From a virus: 64,000 nt of DNA. Under the pieces are notes generated by a model. It was not told where the DNA came from. It made no database searches and saw nothing but the letters and a program-made list of their open reading frames with translations. Positions within the stretch are counted from its first letter, which is position 1; the number at the start of each line of letters is the position of its first letter. The stretch is taken from positions 10,209 to 74,208 of the IMG/VR virus record IMGVR_UViG_3300037258_000046; one strand, 5' to 3'. The translations under genes and the position numbers were made by a program. Positions 27,172 through 36,165 of the stretch are shown here, piece by piece.

Positions 27172-28356
27172 CTACGCCTTGATGATGAAGCTGCGAACCG
27201 TCAGGTACGGCGGAAGGTTGTTATGCGCCGCACCACCGCCCTGCGAGCTGATCGACAGCGCCCCCACCGACAGCGACGGGATCGACAGCGCAGGGATCGT
27301 GACCGCCGGGATCGCGTGCGTGTGCCCGAACCCCGTGAACTTGCGAAAGTCGTTCGAGATGAACGTGCCGCCCTCGACCGCGGAGGTGCCCGCGAGAATG
27401 AACGGCTCCCACTCGTTGCCCGACATCGCGCCGTTCGGGTTGTAGACGCCACCGTCCTCCCACGTCGGCTCGCCCGTCGGGCCCACCGACGCCGATCCGC
27501 CGCCCGTCGACCCGCTGCCCGTCGAGCCTGAGCCCGTCGCGCCGCCGTGGTTGTGCGACGGCGCCTCGCCGATCGTCAGCACATGCGTCGCCTCGCCACC
27601 GCCCGCGCCAGCAGTCAGCGCCGTCGCTCGACCGGCCGCGCCCGCCGAGCCCATGTTGTCCGGGCCGACCGCCGTGCGCGCCCGCATGTCCGGCAGCGCG
27701 AAGTTCCCCGCCGACACCGCCGTGCCGTGCGTCGCGAGATAGTCCGCGTTGTAGAGCGTCCCGATCACGCCATACAGCGCCGGGTAGGTCGCCTGCGCCA
27801 CCTGCGACCCGTCGCAGATCAGCCACCCCGTCGGCGCGGCCGAGCCGCTCCACGGCAGCGGGCCGAGCCCCGTCGGCAGGATCGGCGACGCGAGCAGGCT
27901 CGCGAGGTTCGGCTGCCCCACGAGCTGCGTGAGCTGCGTGATCGCCGTCCCGTTCCACGCGACCGTCGCGACCTTGCGATACGCGTAGACGCCCGTCGGC
28001 GTCGAGCCCGACGCCACGCTCACCATCGAGAAGCCCGCGGGCGAACTGTCGACGCTCGCCGTGTACGAGTTCGCTCCCGACGTCGTCACGAAGATGTCGT
28101 AGTTGCCCGCGGCACCCGACACGGTGCACGTCACCGTGCCCGAGTTCACGTAGCGGTAGAGCCCGCCGATCGAGATGCTGACCTGCTGATCGCCCGTCCC
28201 CGGGTTGTTTCCCTGCTGATTGACCGCGGAGAGCTGCGTCGTCCCGATGACCGCGAGCTGAAAGTTCGGCGCGGAGCCCGAGAGCATCTCCTGCACCGCC
28301 TCGAAGAACCGCGCCGCGGCCGCCTGCGAATAGCTGAGGGGAACGTCCTGTGTGAT
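27172..28356 (-). CDS. tail fibre protein with tail-collar domain
   Basis: PTGWLICDGS....YPALY.VIG..Y...F.LPDMR.R; GGEATHVLT..E.PSH.H; AHNNLPPY; the open frame extends to 28356. Confidence 0.85.
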   Translation of the reverse strand: MTQDVPLSYSQAAAARFFEAVQEMLSGSAPNFQLAVIGTTQLSAVNQQGNNPGTGDQQVSISIGGLYRYVNSGTVTCTVSGAAGNYDIFVTTSGANSYTASVDSSPAGFSMVSVASGSTPTGVYAYRKVATVAWNGTAITQLTQLVGQPNLASLLASPILPTGLGPLPWSGSAAPTGWLICDGSQVAQATYPALYGVIGTLYNADYLATHGTAVSAGNFALPDMRARTAVGPDNMGSAGAAGRATALTAGAGGGEATHVLTIGEAPSHNHGGATGSGSTGSGSTGGGSASVGPTGEPTWEDGGVYNPNGAMSGNEWEPFILAGTSAVEGGTFISNDFRKFTGFGHTHAIPAVTIPALSIPSLSVGALSISSQGGGAAHNNLPPYLTVRSFIIKA

Positions 28357-28406
28357 CCCTCAAGGGTACGGCGCCCAGCGGCAGCGACGTAGATTCTAGA
28401 ATTGTC

Positions 28407-28958
28407 CTAGATCACGTCGCCGACGGCCGAGATGCCGACGATGAAGTGGCCGGTCCCCGAGCCGCCACCCGAGCCGCCCGACGCGCCCGCGATCAGATAG
28501 TTCGCCGGGATCAACCGGCGCGCGATCACCGCGATCACGCCCTGAAAGTAAGACGTCGACGGGAACGTCGTCGTAATCGTGATCTCGCCCGTCGACGGCA
28601 CGCCCACCTGATAGCTCCACGTCGTCGAGCCCAGCAGCGTGTTCATCGCGTTGACCCACTCCGCCGTCGTGCGACACCTGCGCCCGACCATCGCCGCCTG
28701 CACCGCCTGCTGCCTCACCGCCAGCGACTCGCTCGGCGGCGCGATCGGCAACCCCAAGATGCCCTCCCAAATCGACAGCATCCCCAGCGAGTCGTCGGCG
28801 AGCGTCGGCACGAGCCCGTTCTGCACGCTGATCAGATACGCCTCGCAGCGGTCGATCTCGTTCGCGATGCCCTGCACGATCCGCGCGAGCGTCGGATCGC
28901 CCCCATAGTAAGGAGGGAGACTGTCGAAGATGCGCGCCGCGGTCGGAGAGAGCGCCAT
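28407..28958 (-). CDS. baseplate wedge protein (DUF2313/gpI-like)
   Basis: LPPYY...LSIWEGILGL...R; follows baseplate J. Confidence 0.75.
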   Translation of the reverse strand: MALSPTAARIFDSLPPYYGGDPTLARIVQGIANEIDRCEAYLISVQNGLVPTLADDSLGMLSIWEGILGLPIAPPSESLAVRQQAVQAAMVGRRCRTTAEWVNAMNTLLGSTTWSYQVGVPSTGEITITTTFPSTSYFQGVIAVIARRLIPANYLIAGASGGSGGGSGTGHFIVGISAVGDVI

Positions 28959-28962
28959 GCGC

Positions 28963-30162
28963 CTAGCTCAGCGTCGCCGTCGAGAACAGCGCCACGTCCG
29001 CCGAGCTGATCGGCAGATCCGCCGCCGTCCCGTTGAGCTTGAGCGCACTCGATCCCGCCACGCTCACGTTCGCGACACCCTCGACGTCGAGGATCGCCGC
29101 CAGCACCTTGTTCAGGATCACGTAGCCGCCAGCCGGAAGCGAGCTGATGTAAGCCTGAATCGCCGCGACGATGTTCGCACGGATCGCCCGCGTGCCCGCC
29201 GTCCCGTCGTAGCTGTACCCCGAGTTGAAGGTGACCGTCGCCGCGACCGTCACCGCCAGCCCGACCGGCGTAGCGATCGTGAGGATATGCCCGATCGGCC
29301 CGAGCCCCGACCCGTCGCCGTTCGCGTTCGGATCCCAAGCCGCCTGCTGCGCCGCGATGAACGCCGTCGACAGCGGGTTGTTGTTCTCGTCGGTCACCAT
29401 CACGCGCACCGTGCACGTGCCCGCCCAATTCGACTGCACCGACACGTTGCCGACACCCGGGATCGCAAGGAACCACCGCTGATAGTCGGAGATCGTGCCC
29501 GCCCCCTGCGTGCCCGCCAGCGCGTTCCCGAGCCGGTCCTGGAGCTGCGAGTCGCTCTCGACGTCGGCACCGCCCGACATCGGCAGCGCGTTCGTGACGG
29601 CCGTGATCCCGCCGACGCCCGTGTTGAGCTGCGAGATCGCGCCCGAGAGCACGTTCCCCGCCGACCCCGCGAGCTGCGCCACGACCGGCAGCATCACGAC
29701 GCCCTGCCCGCCGCCGAGACTCGAATCGACAGTGCCGCCCGCCGTCGTCTGGAAAGCCTGCCCGTTCGCGTCGGGCGCCGGAGCCTCCGTCGCGACCACC
29801 ACGCCCGTGTTCACGATCGTCCCCGCCGCACCCGTGAAGGTCACGAGCCCGTCCGCCGGATTGGCCTCCTTGCGCGCCAGCCCATTCGCCTCCGCATGCG
29901 CGTCCAGGAACGGGCCCTGCGCCAGCGTCGGGATTCCCGTGCGCGGCACCTCGTTGCTCGCGAAGTCGCGCAGCCGGTCAATCTCGATCGAGAAGGCCAC
30001 GTCGAAGTCGTTCGCGATCGCGCCCGGCGTCAGGTCCAGGAACGACGGATCGTTGGGGTCGATGCCCGCGTTCTGATCGGCGACGATCCGGCCCAGGATC
30101 GTCTCGACCGTGTCCACGCTGAGCGGCGGAGCGGCCTGCTGAAAATAGTCCAAGCTGCTCAT
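28963..30162 (-). CDS. baseplate J-like protein
   Basis: LDAHA...GL.RK.A..A.G.VTF; GGADVESD..L..R; GT..DY..W...IPGV. Confidence 0.9.
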   Translation of the reverse strand: MSSLDYFQQAAPPLSVDTVETILGRIVADQNAGIDPNDPSFLDLTPGAIANDFDVAFSIEIDRLRDFASNEVPRTGIPTLAQGPFLDAHAEANGLARKEANPADGLVTFTGAAGTIVNTGVVVATEAPAPDANGQAFQTTAGGTVDSSLGGGQGVVMLPVVAQLAGSAGNVLSGAISQLNTGVGGITAVTNALPMSGGADVESDSQLQDRLGNALAGTQGAGTISDYQRWFLAIPGVGNVSVQSNWAGTCTVRVMVTDENNNPLSTAFIAAQQAAWDPNANGDGSGLGPIGHILTIATPVGLAVTVAATVTFNSGYSYDGTAGTRAIRANIVAAIQAYISSLPAGGYVILNKVLAAILDVEGVANVSVAGSSALKLNGTAADLPISSADVALFSTATLS

Positions 30163-30608
30163 GCGGCAGCCCTCCTCTCGCGCTGCCGTTCACGGTCGCA
30201 ACGACGGCATCGCCGCTGTCCGCCGCGGATGGATAGGTTCAGGCCCGCGTAAGCGTGCCCCCACGGACAGTGCGTCTTTCGCGCGTTGATCGCGGCGGCC
30301 GTGTCGCTCAGATGCACATGCTCGGCCCGCGTCACTGGCCGCAGATGCGCCGGGTTGACGCACGGCTCGTTCTCGCAGAGATGGTGAAGCTCGTGCCCGT
30401 TCGGGACAGGGCCCACGTTCAGCTCGTAGGAGACGATGTGCGCGAGCGCCATCGTGCGCGGCACGCCCCGCTGAATCTGTCCGTACCCCGTCGGTTGACA
30501 GGATGCGGTCCAGAGCCAGCACGGTCCCAGCTCCGGCTTGAGCGTCGGCCCGTCCTTGTCGACCTTCGACCAAAACCGCACCTCCAGCGAGCCGTTCACG
30601 CGAGCCAT
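30159..30608 (-). CDS. HNH homing endonuclease
   Basis: RFWSKV...CWLW...GYG...AH..SY...HHLC.N..CVNPAHL...THCP.GH. Confidence 0.85.
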   Translation of the reverse strand: MARVNGSLEVRFWSKVDKDGPTLKPELGPCWLWTASCQPTGYGQIQRGVPRTMALAHIVSYELNVGPVPNGHELHHLCENEPCVNPAHLRPVTRAEHVHLSDTAAAINARKTHCPWGHAYAGLNLSIRGGQRRCRRCDRERQRERRAAA

Positions 30609-30611
30609 TCG

Positions 30612-31187
30612 TCAGCCTCCTTGGACCGATGGGCCCGGGGTTGTAAGGGGGTAGCGCGTCACCTGGAGCGGGTCAAGATCGTTGCCCTCCGGCACCACGA
30701 CAAAGCTCACGAACATCGCATCGTCAGGCGTGTTGCCCGACTCCAGCCCGTCGTCGTAGTCCACCTCGAAGTCAGTGATCGCGGAGATCCGCGGGTGCTG
30801 CGTCAGCGCGTCGGAGATCAGCGCCTCAAGCTCCGCCGCTCGCGCCGCGTCGAACGGCGTGCCGTCGATGAACTCGTTCGCGCCATCCAACCCGTAGTCG
30901 TTCGCCATGTGCACCGGAGCGGCCGCGCGATCGGTGATCAACGTCTTGCCGATCCACTGCTTGAGCGCGTCGAGCCCGTACGCCATCAGCGGCCCGCCCG
31001 CGATCGTCGGCACGAGCGTCTGATTCACGAAGTCGAAGACGTAGGTGCGCCCGAGCGGCGGAGGCTCCTGCGCCTGCGTGACCGGCGACGCCGGGTCCGC
31101 GAGCTGATCGAGCAGCGAGAGCTGATCCGCGGGGAGCGCCGGATCGGTCACGTCCGGGATCAGGCTGTATCCGGTGTTATCGGCCAT
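30612..31187 (-). CDS. baseplate wedge subunit (gp25/DUF2634-like)
   Basis: FDF...ALKQW..K.L.T.R....YG...I.DAL..HPRI. Confidence 0.75.
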   Translation of the reverse strand: MADNTGYSLIPDVTDPALPADQLSLLDQLADPASPVTQAQEPPPLGRTYVFDFVNQTLVPTIAGGPLMAYGLDALKQWIGKTLITDRAAAPVHMANDYGLDGANEFIDGTPFDAARAAELEALISDALTQHPRISAITDFEVDYDDGLESGNTPDDAMFVSFVVVPEGNDLDPLQVTRYPLTTPGPSVQGG

Positions 31188-31203
31188 CGTTCGATCCTAC
31201 GAG

Positions 31204-33012
31204 CTACGCGGTCCCGTTGTTTGCCGTCGGGCGCATGATCTCCTCGATCGTGAACGAATCGCCGAAGCTCGCCGCCCCGTTGAGAATCGTGGCGCCAGTG
31301 CTCGCCAACCATCCCGGCTGATAGAGGTGCGATCCGGCGCCCACCGCCATCTCCTCGTCGATCAGGAAAAGCCCATAGGCGCCCACGACCGGAAGCTGGA
31401 CCACCGTCACGTTGCCGGTTGCCGTGTTGTCGATGAACGCCACCGACTCGTAGACGCCGCCCGAAGCATTCGCCGTCACGTTGATGGTCGCGATGTAGCG
31501 AAAGCGCACCTCGCTCCCGCCGGACTCGAAGCGCAGCGAAAGGTGCGTCGTGTCGATGGGCGCGTAGCTCGAACCGCTCGAACTCGCGTTAGTGCCCGAG
31601 CTCTGGATCTTCGCCCTCCCGCCCATCGCCCACGGCCGTCGATCGCGCCCCGATGCAGGGATCGGCGAGCCGGTAGCGGGCGTGCCTGCGATCAGGCTGT
31701 AGTTGACGCCGGTCACCTGGCCGATGCCGTCCCACATCATCACGTTCGTCCCGTTGTTGGACGCGAGGCGCTGATCGCCCGCGGCCGTCGCTCCGGTGCT
31801 GCGGTTCCCGAAGAAGTAGAGGCTCGCCGTCGCCGTGCCGCCCGGCGTCGGAGTCGCAGTCAGCACCACCCCCACGTACATGCAGTCCCCGGTCGTGATG
31901 CCCGCCGCCGTCAGCGACAGCGCCGGAGCGGACGGCACGACGTTGCGCACGAGCAACCCGCTCGGCAACGGCAGCCACACCGCGTCGCCCGTCGGCCAGT
32001 GAGTGAACGTCAGCGCCCCGCCGCTCGCGACCGACGCGGAGATCACGCCCGGGTTCGTGATGCCGACGACGCCCGCCCGAATCGCATCCGGGTAGGCGTA
32101 GGGCGCGCCCGGCGCCGTGTAGCTCAGCACGAGATCCCCGGCCGTCGTCGCGAATGTGCCGTTGATCGCGATGTTCACGATGTCGAGTTCGTAATAGCCG
32201 GTATGGCTCACCACGCCGCTGAGCTGCGCGAGCAGGAAGTGCGCCGGGTTCGAGTTCGAGAACAGCTTGATGACGCCGCCCGCGAGCATCTCGCTGATCC
32301 ACACGCCCACATTGATCCCGGCCGCGTCGATCTGATCAACGTAGATCGCGGTCACGCTCGCCAGCGTCGCGTTGTTCACCCGCAGCTTCCCCGACCCCGG
32401 GTCCGCGTTCGTGACGCCCGTGTCGAACGTCCACGCGAAGCTGTCGCCGCCAGCCTGCCCGTTCGCGCCAGCAGGCCCCGAGAGCGCCCCAGCGGCCACC
32501 GCAGCATCGACGTACGCCGTCGACGCCGCCTGCACGTTGTCGGTCAGCGGCGCCGCCGTCGGCACCGTCGGCGTGCCCGTCAGCGACGCGTTATTGAGTG
32601 GCGCGGCGCCCGTCACCTGGCCGACCGTGTAGTCGCCGCTCACCGGCGCCACGGCGCCCTTGCGGCCGTTGAAGCTGATCACCGCGCGCCCCGAGAGCGG
32701 CGCGACGTCGGTGTCGCCCTGCACGTCCGTGGCAACCCACTCCCCGACGTCCGTCTCGACGAGCAGCAGCGTGTCCCCGACCGCGAGCCCGCTCAGCACG
32801 TCGTAGGTGTAGACGTTCTGCCCGAGGATCACGTGCGTCTCGTCGAGCGAATAGTCAGCGTCGAACGGCTGGAGCGTGAACGTGCGGTTGCCCGCCGACC
32901 CGCCGAGCGCCGTGATGTTGGCGCGGCTCGTCTGCTTGCCGTGGCGGCGCACGTGCGACTCGATGACCGGCCGCATCGCGCGCACGAACTCTCTAGCGAC
33001 CGCGCGGCTCAT
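31204..33012 (-). CDS. baseplate spike-like N-terminus fused to a fibre/receptor-binding region
   Basis: Short OB-like N-terminus (L.VGD.LLL), then VISFNGRKGAV and LTGTPTVPTA...AST AYV fibre motifs. Confidence 0.65.
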   Translation of the reverse strand: MSRAVAREFVRAMRPVIESHVRRHGKQTSRANITALGGSAGNRTFTLQPFDADYSLDETHVILGQNVYTYDVLSGLAVGDTLLLVETDVGEWVATDVQGDTDVAPLSGRAVISFNGRKGAVAPVSGDYTVGQVTGAAPLNNASLTGTPTVPTAAPLTDNVQAASTAYVDAAVAAGALSGPAGANGQAGGDSFAWTFDTGVTNADPGSGKLRVNNATLASVTAIYVDQIDAAGINVGVWISEMLAGGVIKLFSNSNPAHFLLAQLSGVVSHTGYYELDIVNIAINGTFATTAGDLVLSYTAPGAPYAYPDAIRAGVVGITNPGVISASVASGGALTFTHWPTGDAVWLPLPSGLLVRNVVPSAPALSLTAAGITTGDCMYVGVVLTATPTPGGTATASLYFFGNRSTGATAAGDQRLASNNGTNVMMWDGIGQVTGVNYSLIAGTPATGSPIPASGRDRRPWAMGGRAKIQSSGTNASSSGSSYAPIDTTHLSLRFESGGSEVRFRYIATINVTANASGGVYESVAFIDNTATGNVTVVQLPVVGAYGLFLIDEEMAVGAGSHLYQPGWLASTGATILNGAASFGDSFTIEEIMRPTANNGTA

Positions 33013-33911
33013 GTAGGCAGCGGCAAGACGTCGCAGGTCACGGTGTCCTGCGCCCACCCGCTGATCGCAAGGAACGCGCGGCGCGTCAGCGAAATGTCCT
33101 CGTCCTGCGTCTCGTCCGGGAAGTTGCGCGCCGCGTACAGCAGCACCGCGGCCGTCGCCTGATAGACGCCGTAGCGGCGGATGACCAGGATGCGCTCGCC
33201 GACGTAGCCCTCCATCGCGCCGCCGATGCGCGCGAGCGCGAACGCTCCCGTCTCGACGTCGAAGTTCACGCCATGCCAGCCGACCACGACCTCGGGGATC
33301 TCGCCGAGGTTGCCGCGCGGGATCGCCCCGGCCGCCCCGAACGCGCGCTGCGACAGCTCCCACGGCAGCCGCCCCAGGTAGACGTCGGTCACGTTGTCGG
33401 GCGCGCTCCACGACTCGAACAGCGTCGCGTAGAACGGCAGCCCGTCGCTGATGCCCGTCCACGCGCCCGGGCTCGCGAGGCTGCCCGGCAGCGTCTCGTC
33501 CTCCGGCGTCGTCACCGCGGCGTAGCCCGCGTTCTCGTTCGCGTGGAGCACCCCGAGGATGCGCGCCGCGTTGCCGCCCGGCAGCCCGTAGAGCGCGATC
33601 GTGTAGGTGTCCGGGTTCAGCAGCATCCCGGTCAGCGTCGGCGACAGGAAGTCGACCCACCCGGCCGCCTGCCCCGGCACGATCGTGACCGGCAAGCTCG
33701 TCGCGAGCAGCACGTCGCCCGTCGCACCGCCGCGGTAGAACAGCGCAATCACCTGCTGCGCGCCGCCGCCACCGCCGCCGTCCATGTAGACGCTGATCTT
33801 CGAGAGCGCCTGCGTCACCGTCCCCGACGGGATCGAGCAGCGCAGCCCATACAGCTCGCTCGACCCGACCGCGATCGGATCGGTCCCCGCCTGCGGCAAC
33901 CCCAGCAGCAT
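33009..33911 (-). CDS. virion-associated beta-rich protein
   Basis: Position in the baseplate module; coupled overlaps. Confidence 0.55.
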   Translation of the reverse strand: MLLGLPQAGTDPIAVGSSELYGLRCSIPSGTVTQALSKISVYMDGGGGGGAQQVIALFYRGGATGDVLLATSLPVTIVPGQAAGWVDFLSPTLTGMLLNPDTYTIALYGLPGGNAARILGVLHANENAGYAAVTTPEDETLPGSLASPGAWTGISDGLPFYATLFESWSAPDNVTDVYLGRLPWELSQRAFGAAGAIPRGNLGEIPEVVVGWHGVNFDVETGAFALARIGGAMEGYVGERILVIRRYGVYQATAAVLLYAARNFPDETQDEDISLTRRAFLAISGWAQDTVTCDVLPLPT

Positions 33912-33913
33912 CG

Positions 33914-35221
33914 CTAGCCCTTCGTCTTCCCGGCGTGCACGACCGCCTTCGCCGTCTTCGGCCGAGCCGACGCCGCGAGATAGTGCGAGCCCTTCTGATT
34001 GTGCAGGCCACGGATCCGCGTCGACCCCGTCTTGCTCGACTGATCCTCCAGCCACGGATCGTTATAGCCGCACACGATGTCCATGCTGTAGGTCCCCGCA
34101 CTGACCGCGTGCGTCACCGACTGCACGTAAACCATCTGATTGAACTTGATCTCCGGGATCGTCAGGAGCAGCGCGTCGCCGACGTCGACCCACGGGATAC
34201 CCGGATGCGTGACCTCGATGCTCGGATGCGGCGTCGCGTAGCGCGCGAGGTACTTGAGCCCATAGTCGTAGAGCCCGGCGCTCGTGTTGATGTTCGACGG
34301 CGCCGTGATCACCTTCTGCACGTAGCCGAAGCGCTTGATCCCGAGGTGATTCACGACCGTCATCTGCACCGAACTCGACCCGCGCCGCGCGTTCCCCGCC
34401 GACGTCTTCCCCGTGTTCTTCGCGTGCCCCTCAACCACGACCGCGTTCGCGTAGTAGCTGCCCGTGAAGCTCGACTTGACCGCCTCCATCAGCGCCGGGC
34501 CCAGCGGCAGCATGTAGCGCGGCTTGCTCACCTCCGTGACCTCCAGGTTCCCGCGGTCGTCGTCGATGACGTACCGGCGGCCGGTCAGCACGCGCTCCTG
34601 CTGCCACGCCTTGATGATCACGTCATAGGCGCTCGCGTTGTCCTTGATCGCCGAGAGCTTTGCCGTCGACGGCGCGATCTTCCCGATCGGCGCATTGAAG
34701 CGATTGCACGCGTAGACCGTGATCTCCGGCGCCGTCCACCCGCCCGGATGCTGCTTGTCCGGCGAGAACAACCACTTAGCCTTCGACTGCGTGAGCGACG
34801 CAATGTTGATCGTCTCCAGCGTCAGGTCCGTCACCCCTGCCACGACCGACTCCTGCGGGTTGCTCACGCCCAGCCGGAGAAACTGATACCACGGGCCCTT
34901 CGGGCCGGTCAGCGAGACGTCAATCTCGATCTGATCGGCCTGCTGAATCGTGTCGGCCTCGTCGTACCCCAGCGGCCGGTAGAACTCCAGCGTGCCCGTC
35001 CGCGGCGCCGCGCCGTTGCGCTCCCACCCGATCTGATCGACGAGCTGATCGAGGCTCACCGTCGGGCGCTGCTTGCGATACGCCGTCACCCGGAAGCTCT
35101 CGCGGCCGAACACGTAGTTAGTCATCTTCGGCTGCCAGTAGTTCTGCGCCGTCGTCGGCGGGAACGGGTCCGCATGCTTCGCGCCCGTCGCCGTCGCCGC
35201 GTACGCGGTAGCGCCGCTCAC
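33914..35221 (-). CDS. baseplate hub protein (XkdQ/gpD-like)
   Basis: IKRFG..Q...G.P.V..GD...V..V.H; position after the LysM gene. Confidence 0.7.
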   Translation of the reverse strand: MSGATAYAATATGAKHADPFPPTTAQNYWQPKMTNYVFGRESFRVTAYRKQRPTVSLDQLVDQIGWERNGAAPRTGTLEFYRPLGYDEADTIQQADQIEIDVSLTGPKGPWYQFLRLGVSNPQESVVAGVTDLTLETINIASLTQSKAKWLFSPDKQHPGGWTAPEITVYACNRFNAPIGKIAPSTAKLSAIKDNASAYDVIIKAWQQERVLTGRRYVIDDDRGNLEVTEVSKPRYMLPLGPALMEAVKSSFTGSYYANAVVVEGHAKNTGKTSAGNARRGSSSVQMTVVNHLGIKRFGYVQKVITAPSNINTSAGLYDYGLKYLARYATPHPSIEVTHPGIPWVDVGDALLLTIPEIKFNQMVYVQSVTHAVSAGTYSMDIVCGYNDPWLEDQSSKTGSTRIRGLHNQKGSHYLAASARPKTAKAVVHAGKTKG

Positions 35222-36165
35222 TGACCGGCCGCCGACGGCGTCGAGGAGTGCTTCACCTTCGGCGGCAGCAGCAGCGTCGTCTTGTGATGCGCCTGCATCC
35301 ACGCCTGCAACTGCCCCGCGTCGCTCGCCGACACGTTCGTGATGCCGTTCAGCGCCGCGACGTTGCGCCAGTCGCTCGGCGAGCCCATCTGCTTGCGCGC
35401 GACGTCGTAGAGCGAATCGGTACTCAGTACCCGGTACGCGACCGGCATGACCCCGGCACCATGCCCCGGGCTCGGGCCGCCCGACCCTCCCGAGCTGCCA
35501 GCGCCCGGCGTCGACCCCGACCGCGCGCGGCGCGTGCCGTCGGCCGTCAGCTCCCGGTACTGCTGAAAGGTGACCGTCACGTACTCCGTGCCGATCTCGC
35601 CCGCCTTCTGCGTCGGCGACACGCCCGTGAGCGTCGCGAGCGAGTTCACGATCGGCTTGCTCCATATCTTCGGCTCGTCAGCGAGCAGCCGGAAGATCCC
35701 GTTAGCCTCGGCGATCGCCTCCAGCTCCGCGATGAAAGCCTGCGGCTCGAAGAACCCGTTTTTGGCGTTCGCGGGCCGCTGATCGGTGCCCTTCCAGACC
35801 ACGAACGGCTCGTTGTCCCACACGAAGAGCGTGTCGAACTGCCACTGCCGCAGCGACGCTCCCTGCGGCCGCGACTGCTCCCTCGCGCTCAGCGTCTCGA
35901 ACGGATTCCACGGCGCCAGCAGCGGGCGCGTGAACTCGTTCAGCGGCGGGCACTGAAACCGAAATGGCGTCTTGAGGATGCCGTCGGCCGTGACGCCCTT
36001 CTCCGCCCGCAGCGTCACGCGGATCCCGCCGTCCTTGTCAAAGCCCACGTTCTGACGGTTGCTCCCGTCGCTCGCTGACTTCTTGCCCGACTGCGTCGAC
36101 GTCGGATACTTCGACGTCGGCTGCGTCTGCCCCTGCCCCGGCGCGTAGCTATTCGCCGGGCTCAC
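35218..36165 (-). CDS. LysM-domain tail tube initiator/baseplate protein
   Basis: YRVLSTDSLYDVA...G....W..VA.LN; follows the tape measure. Confidence 0.75.
   Translation of the reverse strand: MSPANSYAPGQGQTQPTSKYPTSTQSGKKSASDGSNRQNVGFDKDGGIRVTLRAEKGVTADGILKTPFRFQCPPLNEFTRPLLAPWNPFETLSAREQSRPQGASLRQWQFDTLFVWDNEPFVVWKGTDQRPANAKNGFFEPQAFIAELEAIAEANGIFRLLADEPKIWSKPIVNSLATLTGVSPTQKAGEIGTEYVTVTFQQYRELTADGTRRARSGSTPGAGSSGGSGGPSPGHGAGVMPVAYRVLSTDSLYDVARKQMGSPSDWRNVAALNGITNVSASDAGQLQAWMQAHHKTTLLLPPKVKHSSTPSAAGQ

Noticed and set aside
27172-33012. Diversity-generating retroelement or invertible fibre cassette
   Set aside because: No reverse transcriptase, invertase or template/variable repeat pair was seen
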